A DNA stretch of 64,000 nucleotides from an uncultured Brachymonas sp. (GCA_964413485.1 CAYPRU010000002.1:146748-210747), one strand, 5' to 3'. Counted from the stretch's first letter, positions 47,758 through 58,953 are shown. The notes: a model not told the origin generated them from the letters alone. Numbers and translations are program-made.

Positions 47758-48080
47758 GTATCTCCATGGGGAGTGGTCGAACTATATCAGTGGAAGACTG
47801 TTTTGTTACCAAAACCTAGGGAAATCGATAAATAATCGTGTCACTTTCCGGTCACGGAGCCAGCTTGTGTGAGGGCTTTCGAATTGTCATTTAAAAGACA
47901 ATTTTGGCGAAAAAATGGCTGCGTCTACTGGACGCAGCCAAGCGCTGCAGGGCCCATGTCACCGCTTGGCAAGGCCTCAGAGAGAACAATGCCCGCCCGG
48001 GCTGTGGTCCCGGCGGGCATGATGCAGGCACTTGCGCTCAGTGCACTGTCAAGGCAAGGCGCCATCGGCGCAGCCGCGGT

Positions 48081-48518
48081 TTATTCGTCGCTGGTCAGGT
48101 GCTCACCTTCCTTGCGGGCGCGGCAGGCCCCATCCACGCACACTTCGGTGTGCTTGTCGAGGTATTTGCCGGGTGCCGGCATGCCCAGGATCTCGCAAGT
48201 GGCCCGGAACGAATTGGCCAGCGCATACCCCTGCTTCTGGCTGGTGTTAACCACTTCGATGCGCTTGGGATTGAAGTCCCCCATGTCGGCGCGCCTGCGC
48301 CAGTAAGGATCGCACATGCTGAGCGCAACCACGCTCTTGTAGCGTGCCAGGCTCACCTGTTCCGACTTGAGCACCACCCGCACGGCATCGGGTGTGTCCG
48401 ACACCGCCTGGATGCCATGCATGGCAATCGAGCTTTGGACGGAAGCGGGAACGGCGGCGTATGCGCCGACCATGCTGCCCAGCAGAAGGGCAGTGGCAAG
48501 AATGGGACGTATTTTCAT
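48081..48518 (-). CDS. Small secreted hypothetical protein (4 Cys)
   Basis: Signal peptide MKIRPILATALLLGSMVGAYA; start at 48518 avoids overlap with ubiD. Confidence 0.7.
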   Translation of the reverse strand: MKIRPILATALLLGSMVGAYAAVPASVQSSIAMHGIQAVSDTPDAVRVVLKSEQVSLARYKSVVALSMCDPYWRRRADMGDFNPKRIEVVNTSQKQGYALANSFRATCEILGMPAPGKYLDKHTEVCVDGACRARKEGEHLTSDE

Positions 48519-48570
48519 GATAAGTCTCTTCGATGGGATAAAACTACGGTGGGATAGAACCACGGGTGGG

Positions 48571-50052
48571 TCAGAGGGCGAGTGTGTCCAGCACACCCTG
48601 CACCCGCTCCAGTGCTTCGCGCGAAGGAACAATGGGACGGCCCCATTCGCGTGCAGTCTCTCCCGCCCACTTGTTGGTGGCGTCGATGCCCATCTTACTG
48701 CCAAGCCCGCTGACGGGAGAGGCGAAATCGAGGTAATCGATCGGGGTGTTTTCCACCATCATGGTGTCACGCGCCGGATCGCAGCGCGTGGTCATGGCCC
48801 AGACCACATCGCTCCAGCTGCGCGGATCGACGTCGTCGTCCACCACGATGATGAACTTGGTGTACATGAACTGGCGCAGATAGCTCCAGATACCCATCAT
48901 CACGCGCCGTGCGTGGCCGGCGTAGGCCTTGCGGATCTGCACCACTGCCATGCGGTAGCTGCAGCCCTCGGGGGGCAGGTAAAAATCGGTGATTTCCGGA
49001 TATTGGCGCTGTAGCAACGGCACGAACAGTTCGTTCAGCACCTGTGCCAGCACGGCAGGCTCGTCCGGTGGCCGGCCGGTGTAAGTGGAGTGGTAGATCG
49101 CATCCTGCCGCTGCGTCATGCGCTCCACGGTAAACACCGGAAACTCGGCCTGCTCGTTGTAGTAGCCGGTATGGTCGCCATACGGGCCTTCCACCGCATG
49201 GGCGAAGCCGCTGGGGTGATTGCTGTCAGGCAGGATATGGCCTTCCAGCACGATTTCGGCATGGGCGGGTACCTGCAGCGTGCTGCCCAGTGCAGCAGTC
49301 ACTTCGGTGCGACCGCCGCGCAGCAGTCCGGCAAACTGGTATTCGGAGAGCGAGTCTGGTACCGGGATCACGGCGCCGAGCAACGTGGCCGGATCGGCGC
49401 CCAGCGCCACGGCCACCGGAAACGGTTCTCCGGGGTGGGCCAGCGCATGGTCGCGGAAGTCGAGCGCGCCGCCACGGTGCGCCAGCCAGCGCATGATGAG
49501 CTGGTTGCGTCCCAGCACCTGCTGCCGGTAAATGCCCAGATTCTGGCGTGGCTTGTGCGGGCCACGCGTGATGGTCAGGCCCCAGGTGACCAGAGGCGCC
49601 GCATCGCCTGGCCAGCAGTACTGCACCGGCAGCGTGCCCAGATCCACCTCGTCGCCTTCCAGCACGATCTGCTGGCAGGGCGCATGGGCAATGCGGCGCG
49701 GTGCCATGTTCCAGACCGATTTGACCAGGCTGCCCATGCTCAGCACGTCCTTCAGGCCGTGCGGCGCGGAAGGCTCCTTCAGATCGGCCAGCAGGCGTCC
49801 CAGCGCACGTACCTGCTCCAGCTCCTGCACGCCCATGGCTTGCATCACGCGCTGCTGGGTGCCGAACAGATTGCCCAGCACCGGCATCTGGTAGCCCTCT
49901 GGCTGGGTGAACAGCAGGGCCGGACCGCCGCGGCGCAACACATGGTCGCACACCGCCGTCATTTCCAGATGCGGTGAAACCGCCTGCGGGACGCGGCGCA
50001 ATTGGCCGGATTGTTCAAGCTGCTGGATGAATTCTCGCAAATCGCGGTACAT
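48571..50052 (-). CDS. ubiD: UbiD-family 4-hydroxy-3-polyprenylbenzoate decarboxylase
   Basis: [54 protein letters not shown]. Confidence 0.95.
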   Translation of the reverse strand: MYRDLREFIQQLEQSGQLRRVPQAVSPHLEMTAVCDHVLRRGGPALLFTQPEGYQMPVLGNLFGTQQRVMQAMGVQELEQVRALGRLLADLKEPSAPHGLKDVLSMGSLVKSVWNMAPRRIAHAPCQQIVLEGDEVDLGTLPVQYCWPGDAAPLVTWGLTITRGPHKPRQNLGIYRQQVLGRNQLIMRWLAHRGGALDFRDHALAHPGEPFPVAVALGADPATLLGAVIPVPDSLSEYQFAGLLRGGRTEVTAALGSTLQVPAHAEIVLEGHILPDSNHPSGFAHAVEGPYGDHTGYYNEQAEFPVFTVERMTQRQDAIYHSTYTGRPPDEPAVLAQVLNELFVPLLQRQYPEITDFYLPPEGCSYRMAVVQIRKAYAGHARRVMMGIWSYLRQFMYTKFIIVVDDDVDPRSWSDVVWAMTTRCDPARDTMMVENTPIDYLDFASPVSGLGSKMGIDATNKWAGETAREWGRPIVPSREALERVQGVLDTLAL

Positions 50053-50060
50053 GGGAGCTT

Positions 50061-50651
50061 TCAGGCCTGAGTCAGGGGGTCTTCGGGCAGTCCGGCCCAG
50101 CCGGGCGCCAGGGTTTGTGGCAGATCCAGCAGATCGAGCAGGCGCGCCATGGTGTGGCGCACCACTTCTTCGACGGTCTGCGGGCGCTGGTAAAACGCTG
50201 GCACCGGCGGGTACACGATGGCACCCATTTCGGTGACGGCCGTCATGTTGCGCAAGTGGGCCAGGTTCAGCGGCGCTTCGCGCGCCACCAGGATCAGCCG
50301 GCGTCGCTCCTTGAGCATGACATCCGCAGCGCGGGTCAGCAGGTTGTCGCCTAGGCCGTGTGCAATCGCGGCCAGGGTGCGCATGGAGCAGGGAGCCACC
50401 ACCATGCCGCTGCAGCGGAATGAGCCGCTGGCAATGCTTGCGCCCACTGCGTGGATGTCATGCACGGCATGGGCCAATGCGGCCAGATCGGCGGGCACCA
50501 TGCCCAGTTCGTGGCGCAGGGTGAGCCAGCCGGCATCACTCACGGTGAGATGGGTTTCCACGTCCGGCTGCGTGCGCAATGCCTGCAGCAGGCGCACGCC
50601 CAGCATTGCACCGCTGGCGCCGGAAATGCCGACAACGATACGGCGCGGCAT
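50061..50651 (-). CDS. ubiX: Flavin prenyltransferase
   Basis: [39 protein letters not shown]. Confidence 0.95.
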   Translation of the reverse strand: MPRRIVVGISGASGAMLGVRLLQALRTQPDVETHLTVSDAGWLTLRHELGMVPADLAALAHAVHDIHAVGASIASGSFRCSGMVVAPCSMRTLAAIAHGLGDNLLTRAADVMLKERRRLILVAREAPLNLAHLRNMTAVTEMGAIVYPPVPAFYQRPQTVEEVVRHTMARLLDLLDLPQTLAPGWAGLPEDPLTQA

Positions 50652-51061
50652 CAGGCGGCGTCCGGAATCGGGTGGGCTGTTTGGTTATGTTCGTGCAGCG
50701 GGGCGGCGGCCAGGTCGGCCAGCACAGAGTGGATGATCTCTTCAGCCTGCTGCGGATCAAAATCCTGGTGCAACTTCTTGCGCACGCCCTGATCCTGCAA
50801 CTGAAAATGCCGGTCCGGCTCCAGCGCGTGGCGGGCCAGCGTATTGCGTACGCATTGCAGCTGGCAGCCGTCCAGCGCAATGATCGGGCGGCCGGAGCAG
50901 GCCGTCTTGACCAGAGACGGGACATCCCCACCCACGCCCGCGATGCAGGACATTTCAGCAACGCCGCGGCGGTCTAGCTGCAGCGCCACATGGTTGGCCA
51001 GCTGGGCGGCACTGGAACAGCCGGAGCAGGAATACACCAGGGGAAGCGTGGGGCGGGGCAT
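50651..51061 (-). CDS. DGC-domain putative metal-binding protein
   Basis: YSCSGCSSAAQLAN, MSCIAGVGG, IIALDGCQLQC; stop overlaps the ubiX start. Confidence 0.85.
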   Translation of the reverse strand: MPRPTLPLVYSCSGCSSAAQLANHVALQLDRRGVAEMSCIAGVGGDVPSLVKTACSGRPIIALDGCQLQCVRNTLARHALEPDRHFQLQDQGVRKKLHQDFDPQQAEEIIHSVLADLAAAPLHEHNQTAHPIPDAA

Positions 51062-51090
51062 GGGAGACTCCTTGTACTACGGAGATCGGA

Positions 51091-51603
51091 TCAATGGCGG
51101 GGCAGCAGATCGCGCATGCGCTGCAGCACTTCGCGTGGCGGCGGCAGCTGCTTCAGGTCCGACAGCCGGAACTGGCGCGGATCGAACACCGGAATTTCCA
51201 GTGCGTCAAGCGTATTCTTTACCATCAGTCCAAGTTCGGTATCGCCTTCCATGATAAGGCGGCGGTTGAAGAACAGGGTGTCCGGGTCTTGCGAGCGTCG
51301 TGCCAGCGCGACGAAATCGCTGGCATGGGCGCTGATGGCCAGATCCGGGGTGGATTGCTGGTTGCGCAGGGCCACGAAACGCGTACCTTGCCAGCTGAAA
51401 TCGCAATGGATGCCGGCATCGCGGATGTGCAGACGCAGCGAGCGGCCCTGCAGGGCTTCGGCCACATCTTCAGGTAGCTGTCGTGCCAGCGTCAGGTTGA
51501 GGGCGCTGACGAACAGCAGTGCGCCCGGCCACCGCGGCAAGCGCTGCAGCACGCCGCTGACGCTGCCGGGCAGGACGAAGTCGTCGGGAATCAGGTGTTG
51601 CAT
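51091..51603 (-). CDS. ubiT: SCP2-domain ubiquinone accessory factor UbiT
   Basis: QDPDTLFFNRRLIMEGDTELGLMVKNTLD. Confidence 0.92.
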   Translation of the reverse strand: MQHLIPDDFVLPGSVSGVLQRLPRWPGALLFVSALNLTLARQLPEDVAEALQGRSLRLHIRDAGIHCDFSWQGTRFVALRNQQSTPDLAISAHASDFVALARRSQDPDTLFFNRRLIMEGDTELGLMVKNTLDALEIPVFDPRQFRLSDLKQLPPPREVLQRMRDLLPRH

Positions 51604-51640
51604 GATGGGTACTCTCCAGTATGGGGGGTGTGGATCTGCA

Positions 51641-52576
51641 TCACTCGACGTCAGCCGCGGCGGCTACCTGCTCCATGCCGGAGCGGCCGTGCCAGTAGCC
51701 ATTGCAGGCCTGGTCGGGCAGCAGGGGTTGCATGTGGGCATGGGCGGCTTCCGGCGTCAGGCGTCCGTCGAGCGCGTCGCGCCACAGCTGCACCAGATCC
51801 GCCATGTGCTGCGATTGCGGGCTCAGGCGCAGCAGTTCCACGCCCATGGCACGCAGGGCGGGCAGTTCCTGCACCAGGTTGCAGACACGGGCGGACTGGG
51901 TCTGGATGCCGTTGATCGTGAGGAAGGCTTCGCTTTCGCGCGTTTGCAGCAGCAGGCCGTCCGGGTAGTCCATGCAGCTGAACTGGCAGTCGTCCTTGGG
52001 TAGGTTGCGGTGGCGTGCGGTAAAGCAGCGCGCCGAAAACGCCAGCGGCATGCGGCCCAGCGCAAACACTTCAGTCTGCAGGTCCTTGGGGCGTTGCTGC
52101 AGCACGGCTTCCAGCTCGGTGTGGCTCATTTCCAGGGGTGGTACCCAGCGCACGGCGCCCAGATCGGCCATCCACTGCAGGGCTGGCGGGTTGTACAGGT
52201 TGAGGTGCGGGCCGGCCACAAACGGCTGCTTGCCCGCCACCATCTGCACTGCGCCCATGTCGTTGGCTTCGACCAGGAATTCGTCGCTCTCGACGATGCG
52301 GCGCACCGTGGAGGCATCGCTGCCGGATTCGACCAGCACCTGCGTCGACAGCACCGGCTGTTTGCCGGCATCGCGCAGCATGCGGGCGATGTCGATCCAG
52401 TCGGCCAGGCGCAGTTCGTGCCGGCGCGAGCACACTGTCTCGCCCAGGTAGACCACGTCCAGCGGCGTTTCGGCCATTTGCTGATAAAACTCGAAAATCG
52501 TTGCGCGTGGCCAGTAGTACAGCAGCGGACCCAGCGTCAGCTGCATGCGGGAAGTAATGTCCGGGGTATCTTGCAT
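51641..52576 (-). CDS. ubiV: U32-family UbiV
   Basis: LTLGPLLYYW, YLGETVCSRR, LAFSARCFTAR, DDCQFSC, INGIQTQS. Confidence 0.93.
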   Translation of the reverse strand: MQDTPDITSRMQLTLGPLLYYWPRATIFEFYQQMAETPLDVVYLGETVCSRRHELRLADWIDIARMLRDAGKQPVLSTQVLVESGSDASTVRRIVESDEFLVEANDMGAVQMVAGKQPFVAGPHLNLYNPPALQWMADLGAVRWVPPLEMSHTELEAVLQQRPKDLQTEVFALGRMPLAFSARCFTARHRNLPKDDCQFSCMDYPDGLLLQTRESEAFLTINGIQTQSARVCNLVQELPALRAMGVELLRLSPQSQHMADLVQLWRDALDGRLTPEAAHAHMQPLLPDQACNGYWHGRSGMEQVAAAADVE

Positions 52577-52580
52577 GGGC

Positions 52581-53633
52581 TTATTTCCAGGGACGATGGT
52601 AGGCGCCCAGGGTTTGCTGCTGCCCTTCGGCGACATCAGCAAGTGCGCTGATCCAGCCGGAGCGGGGGGTATACAGGTGCGGGTTTTCGTGGCAATGGTC
52701 CAGTGCCTCGCGCAGCACGCGCGTCACTTGTCCCACATAAGCCGGGCTGCGCTGGCGGCCTTCCACCTTGATGGCACGCACGCCAATGCGGTAGAGCTGC
52801 GGCAAGATGGACAGGGTGTTCAGGCTGGTCGGCTCTTCCAGGGCGTAATAGCCGTCGCTGCTCACCTCGCCCACGTCAAAGCGGCCCTTGCACAGGGTGG
52901 GGTAGCCGGCGCTTTCGCCATCGCGATAACGGTCGATCAGCACGCCGTTCAGGCGTGCTTCCAGGCCCTTGGGCGTTTCCTGCCAACGCACGGCCTTGGC
53001 CGGCGAGCACACGCCGTGGGTGTTGGGGGCCTCGCCGGTGGCGTAGGAGGACAGCTGGCAGCGTCCTTCCACCATCACGCACAGGCTGCCGAAACCGAAT
53101 ACCTCGATTTCGACCGGCGTCTTGTCGGCCAGTTGCTCCACCTGCGTCAGCGACAGCACACGCGGCAGCACGGCACGCGAGATGCCGAATTGCTCATGGT
53201 AGAAATTGATCGCAGCCGCATGCGTGGCCGAGCCTTGCACCGACAGGTGCAGGCGCATGTTCGGGTGGCGGCGTGCGGTGTACTGCATCAGGCCCGGATC
53301 GGCCATGATGATGGCGTCAATGCCTATGTCGGCGGCGCGGTCCACGGCGCTGCGCCACACATCCACGGCTGCGCTGCGGGCGTAGGTGTTGATGGCCAGC
53401 AGCACCTTGCGGCCACGCGAGTGCGCGTATTCGACGCCGGTGGCAATCGCCTTGTTGTCAAAGTTCAGGCCGGCAAAGTTGCGCGCATTGGTGGCATCCC
53501 GGAAACCCAGGTAAACGCAGTCCGCGCCATGGTCGATGGCTTGCTTGAGGGCGGGCAGGCTGCCCGCCGGGCAGACCAGCTCCATGGGGGGGCGCGTGGC
53601 TTCGGGTGCCTGTGCCAGGGAAGTATCAGTCAT
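52581..53633 (-). CDS. ubiU: U32-family UbiU
   Basis: ELVCPAG, TNARNFAGLNF, SLCVMVEGRC, GVCSPA, GYPTLCKGRF, KVEGRQRS, TLGAYHRPW. Confidence 0.95.
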   Translation of the reverse strand: MTDTSLAQAPEATRPPMELVCPAGSLPALKQAIDHGADCVYLGFRDATNARNFAGLNFDNKAIATGVEYAHSRGRKVLLAINTYARSAAVDVWRSAVDRAADIGIDAIIMADPGLMQYTARRHPNMRLHLSVQGSATHAAAINFYHEQFGISRAVLPRVLSLTQVEQLADKTPVEIEVFGFGSLCVMVEGRCQLSSYATGEAPNTHGVCSPAKAVRWQETPKGLEARLNGVLIDRYRDGESAGYPTLCKGRFDVGEVSSDGYYALEEPTSLNTLSILPQLYRIGVRAIKVEGRQRSPAYVGQVTRVLREALDHCHENPHLYTPRSGWISALADVAEGQQQTLGAYHRPWK

Positions 53634-53644
53634 CGGGCGCGCCC

Positions 53645-53926
53645 TTACTGACGAACGAAATCGATGACCACGCCGTCCATGTCGCGTTGCAGGTAGTTGA
53701 TCTGCACGCTGTCGCCGTAACGGGCGGTCAGCTGGTGCAGCAGCGGAATCGGGTCGTGGTCGTTCACGAAACGCATGGTCTCGCCGGCTTGCAGGGCGTC
53801 CAGTGCACCGAAGATGGCCGCATGGCGGAAACGCTTGGCAATGCCGCGCGCATCAAAGTGGTAGATGGCGTCGGGGCGGGTATGGTTGTGCGGCATGCCT
53901 ACGGGTTGCAGCGGAATGGTGGACAT
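53645..53926 (-). CDS. DUF2249-family small protein
   Basis: FDARGIAKRFRHAAIFGALDAL, FVNDHDPIPLL; GAGGAG RBS. Confidence 0.85.
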   Translation of the reverse strand: MSTIPLQPVGMPHNHTRPDAIYHFDARGIAKRFRHAAIFGALDALQAGETMRFVNDHDPIPLLHQLTARYGDSVQINYLQRDMDGVVIDFVRQ

Positions 53927-53991
53927 GAAAATCTCCTCATCTTGGGCAAAATGCAAGGTGGAAGTGTGCAACTTTCACGCAGGGCTGTGCC

Positions 53992-54005
53992 TTGACTTGG
54001 GGCAA
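53992..54005 (-). promoter_or_regulatory. Putative FNR box at class II activation distance upstream of the ubiUVT operon
   Basis: Minus strand TTGCC-CCAA-GTCAA, centred about 30 nt upstream of a -10-like CACACT (53968-53963). Confidence 0.5.
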
Positions 54006-54037
54006 TGAATGGGTAATCAGACACTGCGGCCAGTGCT

Positions 54038-55885
54038 TCAGGCGGCGCCTTGCAGTACCCGCAGCAGCGCGTCGCCATAGCGTTCGAGCTTGGCATCGCC
54101 CACACCGCTGATGCCGCGCAGCGCGGTCAGCGTGGCCGGGTTGTGGCTGGCAATGTCGGCCAGCACCTTGTCCTGAAAAATGACATAAGCCGGCAAGGCA
54201 TGCTCCCGCGCAACTTCGGCGCGCCAGGCCTTGAGCGCATCGAGACGGGGCTGGCTGGCGGCATCCAGCGGCAGCGCGGGCCGTGCGGTGGTAGTGCGGC
54301 GGCTGCGCGGTGTGCGGCCGGCCTCGGCCTGGCGCAGCCGCACCGGCTGCTCGCCGCGCAGGATCGGCCGTGCTGCTGCCGCCAGCCGCAGGGTGTTGAA
54401 ATGCGCCGCATCCACCTGCAGCGCGCCATGGGCAATCAGCTGCCGCAGCACGCTGCGCAATTGGGGTTCGCTGGCATCGCGGGCCAGGCCAAAGGTGCTG
54501 ACCTGCTGGTGGCCGAACTGGTGCACCTTGTCGGTGTCCTTGCCGCGCAGCACGTCCATCACGTGCGTCGCACCAAAGCCGATGCCGCTGTGCTGCTGCA
54601 GCCGGAACACGGTGGACAGCAGCTTGCGCGCCAGTTCGCTGGCATCCCACACCTGGGGCGGATGCAGACAGTTGTCGCAGTTGCCGCAGGGCGAAGAGGC
54701 TTCGCCAAAATAGGCCAGCAGCTGCACGCGGCGGCAGCTGGTGGTTTCGGCCAGCGCCAGCAGCGCATCGAGCTTGCCGGTTTGTACGCGCTTGAAGGCG
54801 TCGTCGGCCGGGCTGGCGTCGATCATGCGCCGCTGATTGACCACATCCTGCAGGCCATACACCATCCAGGCGTCCGACGGCAGGCCGTCGCGCCCGCCGC
54901 GGCCGGTTTCCTGGTAGTAGCTTTCGATATTGCGCGGCAGATCCAGATGCGCCACGAAACGCACATCCGGCTTGTCGATGCCCATGCCAAACGCAATCGT
55001 GGCCACCACCACAATGCCGTCCTCGCGCAGAAAGCGGTCCTGGTTGTGCTGGCGCGTGGCGGCGTCCAGTCCGGCATGGTAGGGCAAGGCATTGACGCCG
55101 GCCTGGCATAGCGCCTCGGCCACTTCCTCGACCCGCTTGCGTGACAGGCAGTACACCACCCCGGCCGCGTCCGGATGCTCGTCGGCGATAAAGCGCTTGA
55201 GCTGCGCCAGCGCATCGCGTTTTTCGTGGATGGCATAGCGGATGTTGGGCCGGTCGAAGCTGCTGATGAACTGGCGCGCCGCCTGCAGCTGCAGGCGCTC
55301 GATCATGTCCTGCCGGGTGATGGCGTCGGCGGTGGCCGTGAGCGCGATGCGCGGTACGCCGGGGTACTGCTGCGCCAGTACGTCGAGCTGGCAGTATTCG
55401 GGGCGGAAGTCATGCCCCCACTGGCTCACGCAATGCGCCTCGTCGATGGCAAACAACGCCAGCTGCCCGCGCTGGTACAGGCGCTGCAGCAATTGCTGGA
55501 AACGCGGCGTGACCAGGCGCTCGGGCGCCACGTACAGCAGCGTCAGGCGTCCGGCCAGCAAATCCTGCTCCACCTGCTGCGCCTCGGCCGGCGCCAGCGT
55601 GGAGTTGAGAAAGGCCGCCGCCACGCCGGCTTCATGCAGTGCCCCCACCTGGTCATGCATCAGCGCCACCAGCGGCGACACCACGATGCTGTGGCCCAGC
55701 CCCATGCGCTGGCGCGCAATGGCCGGTACCTGGTAGCACAGCGACTTGCCGCCGCCCGTGGGCATCAGCACCAGCGCATCGTGGCCGGACACCACGGTGT
55801 CGATGATCTCTGCCTGCTGCCCACGAAAGGCAGCGTAGCCAAAGACGTGCTGGAGAATGTCAAGCGGGGCGGCAGAGTCGGTCAT
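54038..55885 (-). CDS. recQ: DNA helicase RecQ
   Basis: [49 protein letters not shown] domain. Confidence 0.97.
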   Translation of the reverse strand: MTDSAAPLDILQHVFGYAAFRGQQAEIIDTVVSGHDALVLMPTGGGKSLCYQVPAIARQRMGLGHSIVVSPLVALMHDQVGALHEAGVAAAFLNSTLAPAEAQQVEQDLLAGRLTLLYVAPERLVTPRFQQLLQRLYQRGQLALFAIDEAHCVSQWGHDFRPEYCQLDVLAQQYPGVPRIALTATADAITRQDMIERLQLQAARQFISSFDRPNIRYAIHEKRDALAQLKRFIADEHPDAAGVVYCLSRKRVEEVAEALCQAGVNALPYHAGLDAATRQHNQDRFLREDGIVVVATIAFGMGIDKPDVRFVAHLDLPRNIESYYQETGRGGRDGLPSDAWMVYGLQDVVNQRRMIDASPADDAFKRVQTGKLDALLALAETTSCRRVQLLAYFGEASSPCGNCDNCLHPPQVWDASELARKLLSTVFRLQQHSGIGFGATHVMDVLRGKDTDKVHQFGHQQVSTFGLARDASEPQLRSVLRQLIAHGALQVDAAHFNTLRLAAAARPILRGEQPVRLRQAEAGRTPRSRRTTTARPALPLDAASQPRLDALKAWRAEVAREHALPAYVIFQDKVLADIASHNPATLTALRGISGVGDAKLERYGDALLRVLQGAA

Positions 55886-55915
55886 GCCGCCCAGTATAGG
55901 GAGGGACAGCCCGAT

Positions 55916-56740
55916 TTAGCGGCGGCGCGCCCGTTCGTACAGCGGCATGACTTTCGGCATGGCGGCCTGCAGGCGTGCCGTACGGTCGGCTGCGCCGGGG
56001 TGGGTGGAGAAGAAGGACGCTTCCTGCCCGGCGCCGGCGGCAGCCATCTTGTTCCACAGCGAGATGGAGGCACGCGGATCGTAGCCGGCGCGGGCCGTCA
56101 GCTCCAGGCCGTAGATATCGGCTTCGGTTTCCATGTTGCGCGAGTAGGGCAGATCCACCGCCAGCTGCTTGGCCATGCCGGCCATTTGCATGCCGCCCTG
56201 GCCCAGGCCCAGCAGGCTGCCGCCCAGCTGCAGCAGGGTATCGCCGGCCTGCTGTTGCGAAATTTGTTCGCGCGAGTGCTCACGCAGCGCATGCGCCATT
56301 TCGTGGCCGATGATCACGGCCAGCTCATCGTCGCTCAGGTTGAGTCGGCGGATGATGCCGGTGTACACCGTGACCTTGCCGCCTGGCATCACATGGGCAT
56401 TGAGTTCGTTGCTGTTGATCAGCACCAGCTCCCACGGCCAGCGCACCGCATCCTGGCGGAACACGCCGACCTGCGGCACCAAGCGGCGCATGATGGTGTT
56501 GACGCGGTTGTACTCGGCACCACTGGTGATCAGTGCGCCCTTGGCGCGCGCCTGGCTGTTTTGCTGGTTGAAGGCCTGCTGCGCGCCCTGAATCACTTCG
56601 TCTTCGGACACCAGCAGCAGCTGCTTGCGGCCGCCAGCGGCCACACTGCCGTTGGTGCTGCTGACGCAGCCGGCCAATGCGCCGGCAGTGGCAAGTGTGA
56701 TGGCGCCGTGGCGCAGGATGCGTGGCAGTGTGCCGCTCAT
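55916..56740 (-). CDS. M48-family metallopeptidase lipoprotein
   Basis: LAGC lipobox, NAHVMPGGK, HEMAH, ETEAD, STHP. Confidence 0.92.
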   Translation of the reverse strand: MSGTLPRILRHGAITLATAGALAGCVSSTNGSVAAGGRKQLLLVSEDEVIQGAQQAFNQQNSQARAKGALITSGAEYNRVNTIMRRLVPQVGVFRQDAVRWPWELVLINSNELNAHVMPGGKVTVYTGIIRRLNLSDDELAVIIGHEMAHALREHSREQISQQQAGDTLLQLGGSLLGLGQGGMQMAGMAKQLAVDLPYSRNMETEADIYGLELTARAGYDPRASISLWNKMAAAGAGQEASFFSTHPGAADRTARLQAAMPKVMPLYERARRR

Positions 56741-56870
56741 GAATACTTCTCCCTGTGTGCTGTGCGAGTTCCCAATGCTAGGACAAATGACCCCCCCGCG
56801 TTGGTGCGTGACTGTAACAAACTGGAAAAGGGCTTGACCAGGTGCCACTGCGGCCACTGTTGCAGTTTTG

Positions 56871-56898
56871 CTTGAAAGTGGCATGCCAGCCCCCATCT
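56871..56898 (+). promoter_or_regulatory. Sigma-32 (RpoH) promoter of htpG
   Basis: CTTGAAA-N13-CCCCATCT matches the RpoH consensus. Confidence 0.85.
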
Positions 56899-56950
56899 GC
56901 CTCGGTATTCTTGTCCGAATTCTTGTTCAACTACCGAGAGATCCGTACGC

Positions 56951-58942
56951 ATGAGCGCACATAAGCACGCCTTCCAGGCCGAAGTGGCACAGCTGCTGCA
57001 CCTGGTGACCCACTCCCTGTATTCCAACCCCGACATCTTTGCCCGCGAGCTGATCAGCAACGCCTCGGACGCCTGCGACAAGCTGCGCTTCGAGGCGCTG
57101 AACCAGCCCGATCTGTATGAAGGCCAGCCGAATCTGGAAGTGCGCGTGGCGTTCGATGCGGCAGCGCGCACCATCACCATTACCGATACCGGTATCGGCA
57201 TGAGCGAGCAGGAGGCCGTCGAGCACCTGGGCACGATCGCCAAGAGCGGCACCAAGGACTTCGTCAGCAAGCTTACCGGCGAACAGAAGACCGACACGCA
57301 GCTGATCGGCCAGTTTGGCGTGGGCTTTTATTCGGGCTTTATCGTGGCCGACAAGATCACGGTGGAAAGCCGTCGCGCCGGCCTGCCGCCCGAGCAGGCG
57401 GTGCGCTGGATCAGCGGCGGTGCCGGCAGCTTCAACACCGAAACCATCACCCGCGCCGAGCGCGGCACCAGCATCACGCTGCACCTGCGCGAAGACAAGC
57501 TCGACTACCTCAACGGCTACAAGCTCAAGAGCATCATCAGCCAATATTCCGACCACATCGGCCTGCCGATCCTGATGGCCAAGGAAGAGTGGAAGGAAGG
57601 CGAAAACGGCCAGCCCGGCCAGATGGTGGCCACTGCCGAGTGGGAGCAGGTGAACGAGGCCAGCGCGCTGTGGACGCGCGCCAAGAAGGACGTCACGCCC
57701 GAACAGTACAACAACTTCTACCAGACGCTGGCGCACGATTTCGAAGACCCGCTGGCCTGGAGCCACAACAAGGTCGAGGGCAAGATCGAATACACGCAGC
57801 TGCTGTATATTCCGGCGCGCGCGCCGTTCGATCTGTACCAGCGCGACAGCAAGCATGGCCTGAAGCTGTACGTGCGCCGCGTGTTCATCATGGACGAGGC
57901 CGAAGCGTTGCTGCCGCAGTACCTGCGTTTCGTGAAAGGCGTGATCGACGCCAGCGACCTACCGCTGAACGTGAGCCGCGAACTGCTGCAGGAAAGCCGT
58001 GACATCAAGACCATCCGCGACGGCAACACGCGCCGCGTGCTGGCGCTGCTGGAAGATCTGGCCAAGCAGCAGGCCACGCAGCCGGCATCGACCGAATCTG
58101 CCGAGGGCGTGACCGATGTGGTCGACAAGATCGAAGCACAGCCTGCCGCAGACGCCGCGCAGGCCGATGGCAGCGGCAAGTACGCGCACTTCTATGCCGA
58201 ATTCGGTGCCGTGCTGAAGGAAGGCCTGGGCGAGGATTCGTCCAACCGCGAACGCATTGCCAAGCTGCTGCGCTACGCCAGCACCACCACCGACAGCACC
58301 ACGGTCAGTCTGGCCGATTACAAGGCGCGCATGAAGGACGGCCAGGAAGCCATCTACTACCTCACTGCCGACAATCTGCAGGCCGCCAAAAACAGCCCGC
58401 AGCTCGAGCTGTTCCGCAAGAAGGGCATCGAGGTGCTGCTGATGGCCGACCGCGTGGACGAATGGGCCATGGGTTTCCTGCCCGAGTTCGACGGCACGCC
58501 GCTGCGTAGTGTGTCCAAGGGCGCTGTGGATCTGGGCCAGCTGCAGGACGAGGAAGAAAAGAAAGCCGCCGAGGCCGCCCAGGAAAGCGCCAAGCCGCTG
58601 CTGGCGCAACTCAAGGATGTGCTGCAGGACAAGGCTCAGGACGTGCGTGCCACCACCCGCCTGGTCGATTCGCCGGCCTGCCTGGTCTCGGAAGAGCAAG
58701 GCATCAGCGTACAGCTGGCACGCATGTTGCGCCAGGCCGGCCAGCCGGTGCCGGATATCAAGCCGGTGCTCGAAGTGAACGTGGAGCACGCATTGATCCG
58801 CAAGCTGGCCGATGCGCAAGGCGATGCCGCGCGCTTTGCCGACCTGGCGCACATCGTGTTTGACCAGGCCCTGCTGGCCGAAGGCGGCATGCCAGCCGAT
58901 CCGGCGGCGTATGTGAAGCGGGTCAGCGCGTTGCTGGTGTAA
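56951..58942 (+). CDS. htpG: Hsp90 chaperone
   Basis: [42 protein letters not shown]. Confidence 0.97.
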   Translation: MSAHKHAFQAEVAQLLHLVTHSLYSNPDIFARELISNASDACDKLRFEALNQPDLYEGQPNLEVRVAFDAAARTITITDTGIGMSEQEAVEHLGTIAKSGTKDFVSKLTGEQKTDTQLIGQFGVGFYSGFIVADKITVESRRAGLPPEQAVRWISGGAGSFNTETITRAERGTSITLHLREDKLDYLNGYKLKSIISQYSDHIGLPILMAKEEWKEGENGQPGQMVATAEWEQVNEASALWTRAKKDVTPEQYNNFYQTLAHDFEDPLAWSHNKVEGKIEYTQLLYIPARAPFDLYQRDSKHGLKLYVRRVFIMDEAEALLPQYLRFVKGVIDASDLPLNVSRELLQESRDIKTIRDGNTRRVLALLEDLAKQQATQPASTESAEGVTDVVDKIEAQPAADAAQADGSGKYAHFYAEFGAVLKEGLGEDSSNRERIAKLLRYASTTTDSTTVSLADYKARMKDGQEAIYYLTADNLQAAKNSPQLELFRKKGIEVLLMADRVDEWAMGFLPEFDGTPLRSVSKGAVDLGQLQDEEEKKAAEAAQESAKPLLAQLKDVLQDKAQDVRATTRLVDSPACLVSEEQGISVQLARMLRQAGQPVPDIKPVLEVNVEHALIRKLADAQGDAARFADLAHIVFDQALLAEGGMPADPAAYVKRVSALLV

Positions 58943-58953
58943 GCGCGCCGCTG

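Noticed and set aside
58070-58175. Acidic/Ala-rich insertion in HtpG as a possible intein or mobile insert
   Set aside because: Short, low-complexity and in frame, with no splicing motifs; most likely a flexible loop.
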